Source of the DNA: Candidatus Iainarchaeum sp.
GTDB taxonomy: Archaea > Iainarchaeota > Iainarchaeia > Iainarchaeales > GCA-2688035
Direction: 5' to 3'
DNA length: 39,772 nucleotides
NCBI GenBank assembly: GCA_017610245.1
Contig: JAFCCK010000001.1
Span: forward strand, 1 to 39,772
Shown here: piece after piece, positions 1 through 8,370 of the stretch
Layout of the letters: each line of letters opens with the position of its first letter
Position numbering within the stretch: position 1 is the stretch's first letter
Notes under the pieces: model-generated
Told to the model about the DNA's origin: nothing
Databases searched by the model: none
Seen by the model: the letters and a program-made list of their open reading frames with translations, nothing else
Translations under genes and position numbers: made by a program

Positions 1-114
1 CCTGAGATATGCCTTTGCGCAATATCTGAGAAAGAGCAATATACCTATAGAAATCAGGAAGCACCTTATGAGGCACCGGTCTCTGAGCTCCCTGCAGATT
101 TATGAAGCTCCACA
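1..114. repeat. Terminal direct repeat, identical to 39659-39772. Most likely assembly overlap of a circular genome.
   Basis: The first 114 nt (cctgagatatgcctttgcgc...gaagctccaca) recur exactly as the last 114 nt of the window. Confidence 0.85.
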
Positions 115-187
115 GAAAGATGAGATAGATGCGCACCTAGGTAAGGTGTTTGAAATGAGATCGGCGATGTTAACTGAAAGAAAATAA
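2..187 (+). CDS. int: C-terminal end of the tyrosine integrase (continues from 39033..39772 across the circular junction)
   Basis: The frame is open from base 2 and in phase with the ORF that leaves the right end. It encodes LRYAFAQYLRKSNIPIEIRKHLMRHRSLSSLQIYEAP..., which carries the HxxR, second-His and catalytic-Tyr motifs of tyrosine recombinases. Stop TAA is at 185-187. Confidence 0.7.
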   Translation: MRYAFAQYLRKSNIPIEIRKHLMRHRSLSSLQIYEAPQKDEIDAHLGKVFEMRSAMLTERK

Positions 188-232
188 TTTAAAGGAGTTT
201 TATGCTTCAAATACTAAAAAGGAGGTGGGAAT

Positions 233-739
233 TTGAAGAAAGAATTATTAATCCTAGGAATTTTGGCAATCCTGGTTTTCAGCGGCTGCACAAGCAAATC
301 AACAACTCAGCCTACTGAACAATTAGAGGCACCCAGCGATACAACTATCAAGCAAACATTATCCAATGACGAAAAATATCCCAATTTAATCAAGAGTCTT
401 TTAGCCAGTGAGAAAGGACTCGACATTACAACACAGGTAGCAGATGGTAGAAGCAATGGGGGCGTAAAGGCCCTAATTCTAGGCTATGAATCGAGTGCTT
501 TAACAGAAACACAACTAGCAGATGAAACAGGCGCCATCCTTGGTTCCTTCATTGGAGCTGTGAAAAATGGTTGGGACATAGACGAGCTTATGGTCGTTGT
601 CGCAGATACTCAAGGAAACGCTGTTGGAACATGGCATTGTTCAAAAGAGTGGATAAACGACTATCTAGCAGGAAAAGTAACAATGGACTGGCTTGTCTTA
701 AAAGCGGTTGGTTCAATGACAATATTCGGAGAGTCCTAA
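233..739 (+). CDS. Secreted lipoprotein; signal peptide plus lipobox FSGC (moron-like)
   Basis: TTG start preceded by AAAGGAGGTGGG. N-terminus MKKELLILGILAILVFSGC TSKS is a classic signal peptide with a lipobox Cys. One of only two clear plus-strand genes. Confidence 0.6.
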   Translation: MKKELLILGILAILVFSGCTSKSTTQPTEQLEAPSDTTIKQTLSNDEKYPNLIKSLLASEKGLDITTQVADGRSNGGVKALILGYESSALTETQLADETGAILGSFIGAVKNGWDIDELMVVVADTQGNAVGTWHCSKEWINDYLAGKVTMDWLVLKAVGSMTIFGES

Positions 740-774
740 TCCTATTTTGGGCTCTTTCTTTATTTCTTTTTCTG

Positions 775-914
775 TAAATCAGTTACTATCTTCTGGACTA
801 AATCCCTTTTCTATGTCTTCTTTCCTCTATTGTCTGTAAATGACTTACGATAGAGAAAAAAGCTTACTATACTACTACTGCGAAACCAATGTATCGTAAC
901 TGACTTACAGACAT
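775..914. repeat. Cluster of direct and inverted repeats in the convergent intergenic region
   Basis: tctgtaaatcagttac (776-) and tgtctgtaaatgacttacgata (828-849) are direct copies. tatcgtaactgacttacagaca (891-912) is the inverted partner (17 of 22 complementary; the 9-bp and 8-bp arms are perfect). Confidence 0.5.
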
Positions 915-1096
915 GTTCAAAGCAATCCTATTGCCATCAAGATTAAGGCCAGCCCAAACAATATCAAAATCAGCTGATTGGAGGATATCTTAGCCCCCAA
1001 CCTATTCGCAAGCTTCCAAAACAAAAGAGTAGCCACCATAAAAAAAATAATGGCGGCTACGTCAAGAATGGCTTCAATCATGTTTACAAAATCCCT

Positions 1097-1402
1097 CTAG
1101 TTTTCTAGGAATCTACTTATTTTTCCTAGCAACCTGAGCCCTGTTTTAATTACTTCCTCAACTGCAACAACCGCACCGAAGTACAGCAGCTCGTTTCCGA
1201 AAGCTATCTCGACAGAGATTCCTGAGTATGCAGCAACGCCTCCGACCACGGCACCAATGAGCAAGGTCTTTACAAACTTCTTTTTGCTAAAAGTAAGCTT
1301 GTCTTCCCTTCCTTCCTCGACTGCCTTTGCTTTCTTATTGTAGAATTTTATTAGGCCGTATGCAGCTCCTGCAACAATTCCTCCTACTATTATTTCAAGC
1401 AT
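1097..1402 (-). CDS. Small two-transmembrane protein, holin-like
   Basis: 101 aa with two hydrophobic helices (IIVGGIVAGAAYGLI and LLIGAVVGGVAAYSGI). It lies directly after an XhlA-like gene at the end of the tail module. Confidence 0.45.
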   Translation of the reverse strand: MLEIIVGGIVAGAAYGLIKFYNKKAKAVEEGREDKLTFSKKKFVKTLLIGAVVGGVAAYSGISVEIAFGNELLYFGAVVAVEEVIKTGLRLLGKISRFLEN

Positions 1403-1414
1403 AGTTTCACCTCC

Positions 1415-1735
1415 TCATGGTTTAATTCCAAAAAACATACTCCAAACTGCTATAGCTCCCCCGAGTATTCCACCAACAAAGCCAGCAATTCCTCCATACT
1501 TTCCACTAGATGCTTTATTATCTTCTTTCAAATTTTTGATGTTAGTTTTAACAGTGGCAAGTTCTGAAGAAAAAACTCCCCTAGTTTGGGAACAGGTACT
1601 ATTCTGACCGTCTATTTTCTTAAATATCAAATCGATTTTTTTATCCAGATTATTCTCAAAGCGATCCATTCGCTCATGCAGGGCCCTGAATGTTGCTTTT
1701 GTTTCCCCTTTGAATTCTCCATTACCACCATTCAA
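1415..1735 (-). CDS. XhlA-like membrane protein (soluble or coiled N-terminus, single C-terminal TM)
   Basis: 106 aa. The N-terminus is charged and helical. The C-terminus GGIAGFVGGILGGAIAVWSMFFGI is a transmembrane segment. This architecture matches phage XhlA-type lysis-associated proteins. Confidence 0.4.
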   Translation of the reverse strand: MNGGNGEFKGETKATFRALHERMDRFENNLDKKIDLIFKKIDGQNSTCSQTRGVFSSELATVKTNIKNLKEDNKASSGKYGGIAGFVGGILGGAIAVWSMFFGIKP

Positions 1736-1748
1736 ATTATCCTCCCCT

Positions 1749-4652
1749 CTAGTAGTCCAGTTTTAAGTACGCCCCTAATGTGTACACTTTGCTGCTTGCA
1801 ATGTTTTCAGCATAGTCCAAGGCATAACCGTAAGTAAGAGTTGAGAGACTTTCCTCCCGAGCCCCCGTATCTTTACGAATTACTGTAGTAAAGCTTGTGT
1901 TCTCAATGAACCAGATGTAAGTTCCGTCTGTTGCACATCCGAATGGGTACCAGGCTTCAGCTAGTGCTCCGTACGAAGAAGCATTGGCAAGCTTGTACCA
2001 ACAGCCGTTTGTTATAGCTGAAGGATAGTGCCAGGTAAGGTGAAAGTTTGTTCCGTCCCAAGCCAGGCCTCTTCCTATCGGGCCATCATAACTAAGCTGG
2101 CCCTCTGGAAACCAACCCATTTGAATTTCTGTGGAGATTGTTGTAGGCGTTGCATTGAATTTGTAAAGCACCTTGTCCCTGTTTGTTTCGCCCTTTGTTG
2201 TATAAGTAGCGTAAAGGTTTGAGCCATCCCACTCGCAATCTGCCCAGAGGTTTCCTGTTGATTCTGTCCCGGTAATTGTGTGTGTCTCATCAAGCGAGCC
2301 GTCTGCGTCATCTATTTTGTACCAGGTGCCATACGTTCCCAAGTCTGAAAGAATCCACAAGTCGCTTCCGTCAAAACAAATTCCCACAAAGGTTCCATAC
2401 GTGCTTACTGAAAAATCGTAAGTTGCTGCAGCTGCTATTCCATAGTCCCCTGCCACATGCTTTGCTATCCTGTTTGTTGTTCCGTCAGTATTTGTACTCC
2501 AAAGAGTTGTCCCGTCGCCACAGCAGCTCTGTGGATCATAGCCTGATGCTCCGCAAACTGTTTCCATATTCAGAGCCGCACTTATTGAAATCAAGTCTGC
2601 ATTGAATTGCATTAAGAACCTTGTACCGTCCCTCACTGCGAAGAACCTTGAGATTGCAGAACAATAACCAGCGCCAGTTTTAGCATACGTTCCGCTCCCT
2701 CCATAATAAAGCTCGTCCGGAAGCCTTTGCGTAGCAGAACAATATACCCAAATACTATTAATTGCTGAAGAAGAACCGTCCGGTTTTACTCCAACAACAA
2801 AGTTGGCTCCATCGTACGCCAGGCCCCAAAGCGCTGTTCCTGCTCCTGCCGGCAGTGAAAAATTAGAATCCTCTACGGTCAAATCAGAAGCATTCCTTTG
2901 GCTTATTCTTCCGTTTGTAGCATCAACCACCCACAGGTTTGTTCCGTCATGCGCACAGTCCCTGATGTCTATTCCAAGCGTTGCAACAAGTTCCGAAGCA
3001 GAACCAGTAATCGAATCCATAGTATAAATTTCGCTGTCAGAATTTGTTGTATAAAAAACATTTCCGTCTTTGTAGAATGTTACGCCATAGGCATTTCCTC
3101 CCCAGGGAGTGCCGAAACGCCAGTATTCCTTGAATGTCAAATAATCGCCGAACCATACCTCTACAAAAGTCCAAGGCCTGTAAACAACTATCTCCGCTTT
3201 TTTTGTTGCAAACACTAGAGCATCAAACTCATCCATTGTAACCTTGAATTTTAAATCGTTCTTGTCGCCTGTGCTGCTTGCGAATGTGTGTTCTATTGCA
3301 GCATCATCCTCTGCTCCGTATGGGTCAAGCTCTTCCCAAGTGGCTCCTTTGTCATTTGAAACATAGTATTTGTTTCCATCATTTCCAGAATATTCCTCGC
3401 GCACAAAAGGCAAGCACTTTGTGTAATTCGCATCACCCACTATGGAGTCTGTGATTTCTGCTGTTGCTGACGAGCTTGGGTTTCCAATCTGCAAAGAGGA
3501 ATCCGTTGTATAGGTATTGGTAAAAGTCCAGAAGTCGTCCTGGTCTTTTGTGAATTTGTAAACATAACTCTCCTCATAGTTGCCGGAGTTAGCAAACTCA
3601 ATGCTATCCTTTGTTTTTTCGTACAGCTCTTTATAGAACGCTGAAGTGTCCTGCTCATCCTGCACTAGCATTACGGTTGTTTTGAAGCCAGAGCTTTTTG
3701 GCTCATAGCTGTGGTTGACATGTCGCACTCTGTAAGAGGTTCCGCTCTCTCCGATTTCGGAAACATTCAGCGTAATTGTTTTCCCGGGAACAACTCTCTC
3801 ATCCCCGTAAATTACTGCCAAGCCTCCCCACTCGCTTTCCTTGTCCTCGAGCAAAGCAGCATCGCTAATTGATTGCACCAGGCTTGCAGTGTCCATTCCT
3901 GCATTCTTTATTATTTTCATTACCTTGCCGTACTTTGCAATGCTATCCTCATCCTGTTCTGTTTTGAACAGCTGCACTTCCTCAACCATCTTGCCATAGG
4001 TTCGGATATAATTTCGCACTGTTTTCCAATCAATGCCCAGGCTAATGTCCTCAACATTTCCCCCATCCCCGGAATCAATACTCACCTCATTAGCCCCGGG
4101 GCTGCCTGTAAAATGCAGCACATCATCAAAGTTAACCCATGAAAAATACTGTGCCTTCACGCAATAGTTTGCAATCAGTTGGTTTAGAAAAACATGGTCT
4201 AAGAATTCTGTACCAGGCACAATTCCTGCAGTAACAACTCCGCCCGTGTTGATTGACGGAACACGCGCATTGACCTCCGCTATAATAATATTTCCAAGGT
4301 CGGTATTTGTATAAGAATTAATTGTAAAATTTTCCATCAACAAAACCCAGGTTCCCCTGCCACTGATTGTAACAGTGGCTCCTGCTGATTTGTTGTAACC
4401 TTTCTTTACTTTCTCAACTCGCCCATGGAATGTTCCAACTACTCCCTCGCTCACATATCCCAGGTAAATCTTTACATCGTCATGGTAGGCAAAAAAATCA
4501 TTGAAAGTGCCTGCTCCATTTTCAAGCTTTACAGTGAAAGAACTAGCCTGAGAATTAACAGGCAGGGACACAGAGAGTTTTTCAACTACGTTATCTGCCT
4601 TTATGCTAACATCATTTATTTTTAAATCGTAATCCGGTTCTATCCTAGTCAT
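1749..4652 (-). CDS. Large tail or baseplate-associated protein with C-terminal beta-propeller-like repeats (putative receptor-binding protein)
   Basis: 967 aa, immediately downstream of tape measure protein (TMP) and a Dit-like gene. The C-terminal half holds about 6 repeats of DG(T/S)xLW... (DGTNLWVVDATNG, DGTTLWSTNTDG, DGSDLWILSDLG, DGSNLYATYTT, DGTNFHLTWHY, DGTYIWFIENT), which is typical of propeller blades. Confidence 0.55.
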   Translation of the reverse strand: MTRIEPDYDLKINDVSIKADNVVEKLSVSLPVNSQASSFTVKLENGAGTFNDFFAYHDDVKIYLGYVSEGVVGTFHGRVEKVKKGYNKSAGATVTISGRGTWVLLMENFTINSYTNTDLGNIIIAEVNARVPSINTGGVVTAGIVPGTEFLDHVFLNQLIANYCVKAQYFSWVNFDDVLHFTGSPGANEVSIDSGDGGNVEDISLGIDWKTVRNYIRTYGKMVEEVQLFKTEQDEDSIAKYGKVMKIIKNAGMDTASLVQSISDAALLEDKESEWGGLAVIYGDERVVPGKTITLNVSEIGESGTSYRVRHVNHSYEPKSSGFKTTVMLVQDEQDTSAFYKELYEKTKDSIEFANSGNYEESYVYKFTKDQDDFWTFTNTYTTDSSLQIGNPSSSATAEITDSIVGDANYTKCLPFVREEYSGNDGNKYYVSNDKGATWEELDPYGAEDDAAIEHTFASSTGDKNDLKFKVTMDEFDALVFATKKAEIVVYRPWTFVEVWFGDYLTFKEYWRFGTPWGGNAYGVTFYKDGNVFYTTNSDSEIYTMDSITGSASELVATLGIDIRDCAHDGTNLWVVDATNGRISQRNASDLTVEDSNFSLPAGAGTALWGLAYDGANFVVGVKPDGSSSAINSIWVYCSATQRLPDELYYGGSGTYAKTGAGYCSAISRFFAVRDGTRFLMQFNADLISISAALNMETVCGASGYDPQSCCGDGTTLWSTNTDGTTNRIAKHVAGDYGIAAAATYDFSVSTYGTFVGICFDGSDLWILSDLGTYGTWYKIDDADGSLDETHTITGTESTGNLWADCEWDGSNLYATYTTKGETNRDKVLYKFNATPTTISTEIQMGWFPEGQLSYDGPIGRGLAWDGTNFHLTWHYPSAITNGCWYKLANASSYGALAEAWYPFGCATDGTYIWFIENTSFTTVIRKDTGAREESLSTLTYGYALDYAENIASSKVYTLGAYLKLDY

Positions 4653-5086
4653 GGAAGTCCCGTTTCCTCAATTTTTATTTTATACTCCCAATGTGCGGTC
4701 AACTCAACCTCCTTCAGTTCAAGGATTCTAACTTGAACTGCAAGGTCAGTGTAGCCCTGGAAAGCCAGCACATCATGGTCCTGGTAATAAGCTCGCATTA
4801 TTGCCATGTTCGCATCCCTAGTTGCACCTTCAAAAATTCCCTTGACTTCGTAAACTGTCGAATCGCTGCCAAGATACTGGCGCTTGGAGTTTTTTGAGCC
4901 CAAGATTGAATGCTTTGCAGTCCGCTTGTAATACTTCGGCTTTATGCCGTCAAAATCTACAATAAGCGTAAGGGCTTCGAGAGTTATTTCTCCAGCTAGC
5001 TGCAGGATAGCATCAGCTGCAAAGGTCTTCGTTCTTCCGTCCTGAACTAGGACAGCATCCATTGAAAATGTTTTAGTCAGCGCCAT
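4649..5086 (-). CDS. Distal tail protein-like (by position). N-terminus carries two copies of the TKTFxADAxL repeat.
   Basis: 145 aa, directly after TMP with a 4-nt overlap into the next gene. Begins MALTKTFSMDAVLVQDGRTKTFAADAILQ, the same repeat unit as the 909- and 309-aa proteins. Confidence 0.45.
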   Translation of the reverse strand: MALTKTFSMDAVLVQDGRTKTFAADAILQLAGEITLEALTLIVDFDGIKPKYYKRTAKHSILGSKNSKRQYLGSDSTVYEVKGIFEGATRDANMAIMRAYYQDHDVLAFQGYTDLAVQVRILELKEVELTAHWEYKIKIEETGLP

Positions 5087-5091
5087 TCAAA

Positions 5092-7635
5092 TCACTTGTT
5101 TTGTTTATTTGCCCATGCATCTTTCTCATCCTCCGCAAGGTCTCTTTTAAAATCATCAAAAGTGTAATCAGCAGAAAGGTTCACGTTCTCGATGTAGTAC
5201 GTTACTGTGCCTCCACCGCCTCCGCCTACTGCAACACCTTCCACTAAACCTGCGAGGTCTTTAACTCCAATAAGATTGTCAAGGCTGCTGAATTTCTTAA
5301 TGCCCTGGCCAGCTCTGTAAATGAAGTCACCAGCTTCTCCATCACCATTGTTATTTCCATTGCCTCCGCCTCCTCCGCCCCAATTAAACATCCCTAGCAC
5401 GGCATTAGTAATATCAGTCATTGAAGGAATGAATCCTAAAATTGTATTTGCGATTTTCCAGCCTATTGATTTCAGGCCTCTTATCAGTCCCCAAATTATA
5501 TTCCGTCCTGCAGTGTACATCCAGTTTCCAATATTGCGAATGCCTGTAACAATCTTATTCCATAGATCTGTGACAAAGTTCCTGGCTGCGTTTATTATTC
5601 CTGTGAACGTGTTGTAAAAGAATGTCTTCCATCTTCCGAGAATATTCTGCAATGGCCCCAAGTCGCCTTCCAAAGCAGAAAGCAAAGCATCAAAGGTGTC
5701 AATTACCAGGCCCACGTATTCCATTATCCATTCAAACACTGGCTTGAAAACTGTTTCCCAAGCTAGGAAAAGGACATCACTTACAAAGCCGAAAATTTCC
5801 TCAAAAGCAGGCCCGAACACATCAATTAAAATCCCTGCAATACGCCCTAGTAAATTCATTAATTTCTCAAAGATAGGCACAACTGTCTCAAAAACGTCCT
5901 CGGTTATATCTCTAATGCCACCGAAGTTAGTTATCCATGCTGCAGCAAGCAAACCTATAGCCAAAATCACCCATCCAATTGGCCCAGTTAAAGTACCTAC
6001 AACTCCTGCCAAACCAGCAGGTCCTAACAATCCAACCAATGCGCTAATAGCAGGAAGTACCAAAGCAAAGGCTCCAACAAGCATTCCAATAATAAGCACG
6101 CTAGCCTGTATTACTGGGTCCAGGGATGCGAAGATCTCCACCGCTTTCTCAATAATTGGCACAAGCATTTCAAGAACTGGAACGAGTGCTTCTCCAATTT
6201 TTATTGCCAAATTGTCAACACTTTGCATTACTTCCTTAAATCTATATTCCATTGTTCCAGACATTACCTCTGTTGCATTTGCAGCAGCGCCCTCAGCATC
6301 GGTCATGTCTTCAAGCTTTTCAGCAAAGTTTTCTGCGTTATCTCCTGTCAATCCCAATGCACCTTTCAATCCCCTAATTTGATTAAAGAATTTTGCCATC
6401 TTTGTTGTTGAACCTTCTGCTTTTTCTCCAAGCAGCTTCAGTACTGTTGCAAAATCTAAGGTCTTAAGCAAATTTTCTCCTGTTGTTTTTGAAACTTCTT
6501 TCAGCACTTCGCCTGAAGCCTTAAAGACATCCTTCTGTGCTTCCATTGAATTTTTTTGTTCTTCTTGCGTTTCCTGCAAATCGTCCTGCTTTATTCTCAG
6601 CTTGTTGTAAGAAAGGCTCAGCTCCTCATTGGCTAGTTTAATTCTATCAATATCTGCCTCTTCGCCTTCAGTTAATTCCCTGCCTTGCTTCCTAGCCGTC
6701 AATCTAATTTCCTGAATCTTAACTCTGTTCACGGCCATGGCATCGCCCATGTCATCAAGCTCTGCAGACATGCCAGCAACGGCCTCAGTTGTTTCAGTAT
6801 AAGCCATAGTCAAAGCATCCAGCTCTGCTTGCTGGGCAATGTAATCATCTGTTGCGTCTTGAACCTCAATTGTAAGCATGCCCTGTTCTGCTGCAATTTG
6901 ATTCAGCGCCAGGCTCATGTCTTCGGAAGGTTTCAAAAAAGCAAGCATCATCATGTTCAAAGCCACAGTTGATTCACTAGCACTTAAACCTTGCTGGGTT
7001 AGTGTTGCAAGGGCTGCGGAAACAGTTTCAAAATTTACTCCAAGAGCCGCAGCTGTTGGCAACACAGTTGACAAAGCACTCCCTAATTCACCGTAAGTAG
7101 TAACACCTTTCGCAACGGTCTGAAACATAATGTCAGAAACGTGGCTAGCTTCATCGGCTTCCATGCCGTAAGCATTCAGCACCTGGGTTAAGCCTGTTAT
7201 TGCAACACTTGCATCGACAGATCCACCGATGGATGCCTTAACTGCTTCCTCTAAAACATTCGCAGCATCAGCAGCATCACCGAATCCTGCTGAAACAACC
7301 TGATACAAGCTTGCTGCAATTCCTGCTTTTCCTCCTGCAACAGCATATTCTTCTCCTAGTCTATGGACAGTATCTCCGTAAACTTCATTTGCATTTGCTC
7401 CTGCTTCCATCAAAGTAGTAACATTAGCCATTTCTTTTTCAAAATCAACATATGCCTTTATTGCCAAACCCATTCCAGCAACTGCTGCAACACCCACTGC
7501 AAGCATTGGGCCACGCATCTTATTCATGGCCCCGGTCAAGCCGCCCAGCTTTCCCTTTACACCATCAACCACGGCGGAGGCTCTGTCAGTTGCCGAAATT
7601 ATAATTTTTACTACATTTCCTCCTAACGTAACCAT
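5092..7635 (-). CDS. Tail tape measure protein
   Basis: 847 aa, Ala/Gly/Leu-rich with long helical segments, internal hydrophobic stretches and Gly runs (GGGGGGNGNNNGDGEAGD). Sits after a chaperone gene that has a frameshift site. SD is AAGGAGAAG. Confidence 0.75.
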   Translation of the reverse strand: MVTLGGNVVKIIISATDRASAVVDGVKGKLGGLTGAMNKMRGPMLAVGVAAVAGMGLAIKAYVDFEKEMANVTTLMEAGANANEVYGDTVHRLGEEYAVAGGKAGIAASLYQVVSAGFGDAADAANVLEEAVKASIGGSVDASVAITGLTQVLNAYGMEADEASHVSDIMFQTVAKGVTTYGELGSALSTVLPTAAALGVNFETVSAALATLTQQGLSASESTVALNMMMLAFLKPSEDMSLALNQIAAEQGMLTIEVQDATDDYIAQQAELDALTMAYTETTEAVAGMSAELDDMGDAMAVNRVKIQEIRLTARKQGRELTEGEEADIDRIKLANEELSLSYNKLRIKQDDLQETQEEQKNSMEAQKDVFKASGEVLKEVSKTTGENLLKTLDFATVLKLLGEKAEGSTTKMAKFFNQIRGLKGALGLTGDNAENFAEKLEDMTDAEGAAANATEVMSGTMEYRFKEVMQSVDNLAIKIGEALVPVLEMLVPIIEKAVEIFASLDPVIQASVLIIGMLVGAFALVLPAISALVGLLGPAGLAGVVGTLTGPIGWVILAIGLLAAAWITNFGGIRDITEDVFETVVPIFEKLMNLLGRIAGILIDVFGPAFEEIFGFVSDVLFLAWETVFKPVFEWIMEYVGLVIDTFDALLSALEGDLGPLQNILGRWKTFFYNTFTGIINAARNFVTDLWNKIVTGIRNIGNWMYTAGRNIIWGLIRGLKSIGWKIANTILGFIPSMTDITNAVLGMFNWGGGGGGNGNNNGDGEAGDFIYRAGQGIKKFSSLDNLIGVKDLAGLVEGVAVGGGGGGTVTYYIENVNLSADYTFDDFKRDLAEDEKDAWANKQNK

Positions 7636-7795
7636 TGTAGATTCTTCTCCTTGTCGCCTTCGGTTTGCACTCTATTATGTGCGTCAACCAGCCGGTTGAT
7701 TTCCTGATAAGTTAGGCCGGGCATTGTAAAGAAAGTGTATCCTCTGTAATGGAGGAACACTTCCAATAGTGCCTCATCAGGATTTATTTTTTTGA
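7623..7795 (-). other. Putative programmed -1 frameshift extension (GT-like product) of the tail chaperone
   Basis: The -1 frame after the AAAAAAA heptamer is open for about 53 codons (INPDEALLEVFLHYRGYTFFTMPGLTYQEINRLVDAHNRVQTEGDKEKNLQWLR*). It ends 12 nt inside the TMP start. Confidence 0.4.
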
Positions 7796-8275
7796 TAAAT
7801 CCTTGTCTAACTTTTCAGCATACTTTTGGATTGCTGCTTTTCCGGCTTCCTGCATGGTCTTCTGGTCTATGCTAAGGGAAATTGCCATTATTGCGGTGGC
7901 AATAGCTCCAGAGTATCTGGGTTTCATGTCCTTTATTTGTGCCTCAGTTACAACTGGTTCTATGAGATGCTCCTTGATTATTTTGCCATCCTGGTCTTCG
8001 GTTGTTTCAAAAATTTCTTTTCCTTCTTCTTTCCGCTTAACTAATCCAGCCGACAAAGCTTTTATTTCCCCTCGAGGCATTGGCGTTATTCTAACTGTTG
8101 GGCCCTGTGTTTTCACTACTTGCTTTTTCTTTCCGTCTTCCTCAACAGTTTCGTACTCCCTTAAAAGTTCCAATTCAACCTCAAGCGGCAAAAGCTTTCC
8201 GTCCGCTCCGCGTTCGTGCAATATGCCTTTTACTTCTAGCATACTCAATCGAACACCTTCTGAACTTTGCCGCAC
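7784..8275 (-). CDS. Tail assembly chaperone (G-like), with a slippery A7 at its stop
   Basis: 163 aa, acidic, positioned between the major tail protein and TMP. Ends ...DLSKK* encoded as TCA AAA AAA TAA. Confidence 0.55.
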   Translation of the reverse strand: MRQSSEGVRLSMLEVKGILHERGADGKLLPLEVELELLREYETVEEDGKKKQVVKTQGPTVRITPMPRGEIKALSAGLVKRKEEGKEIFETTEDQDGKIIKEHLIEPVVTEAQIKDMKPRYSGAIATAIMAISLSIDQKTMQEAGKAAIQKYAEKLDKDLSKK

Positions 8276-8370
8276 TCAACGCATTCCCTTATAGAATGAA
8301 TCCCGTGCTGATTCCCTTTCCGTTTCCAATTGCTCCAATCATGAAGCCCGAAAAAACATCGTAGGCCCAT

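Noticed and set aside
5696-6382. 228-aa plus-strand ORF (and neighbours at 5321-5617 and 6223-6411) inside the tape-measure gene
   Set aside because: It is antisense to a long, well-supported minus-strand gene. It has low-complexity S/T/P/K composition typical of the reverse frame of an Ala/Gly-rich gene, and no RBS.
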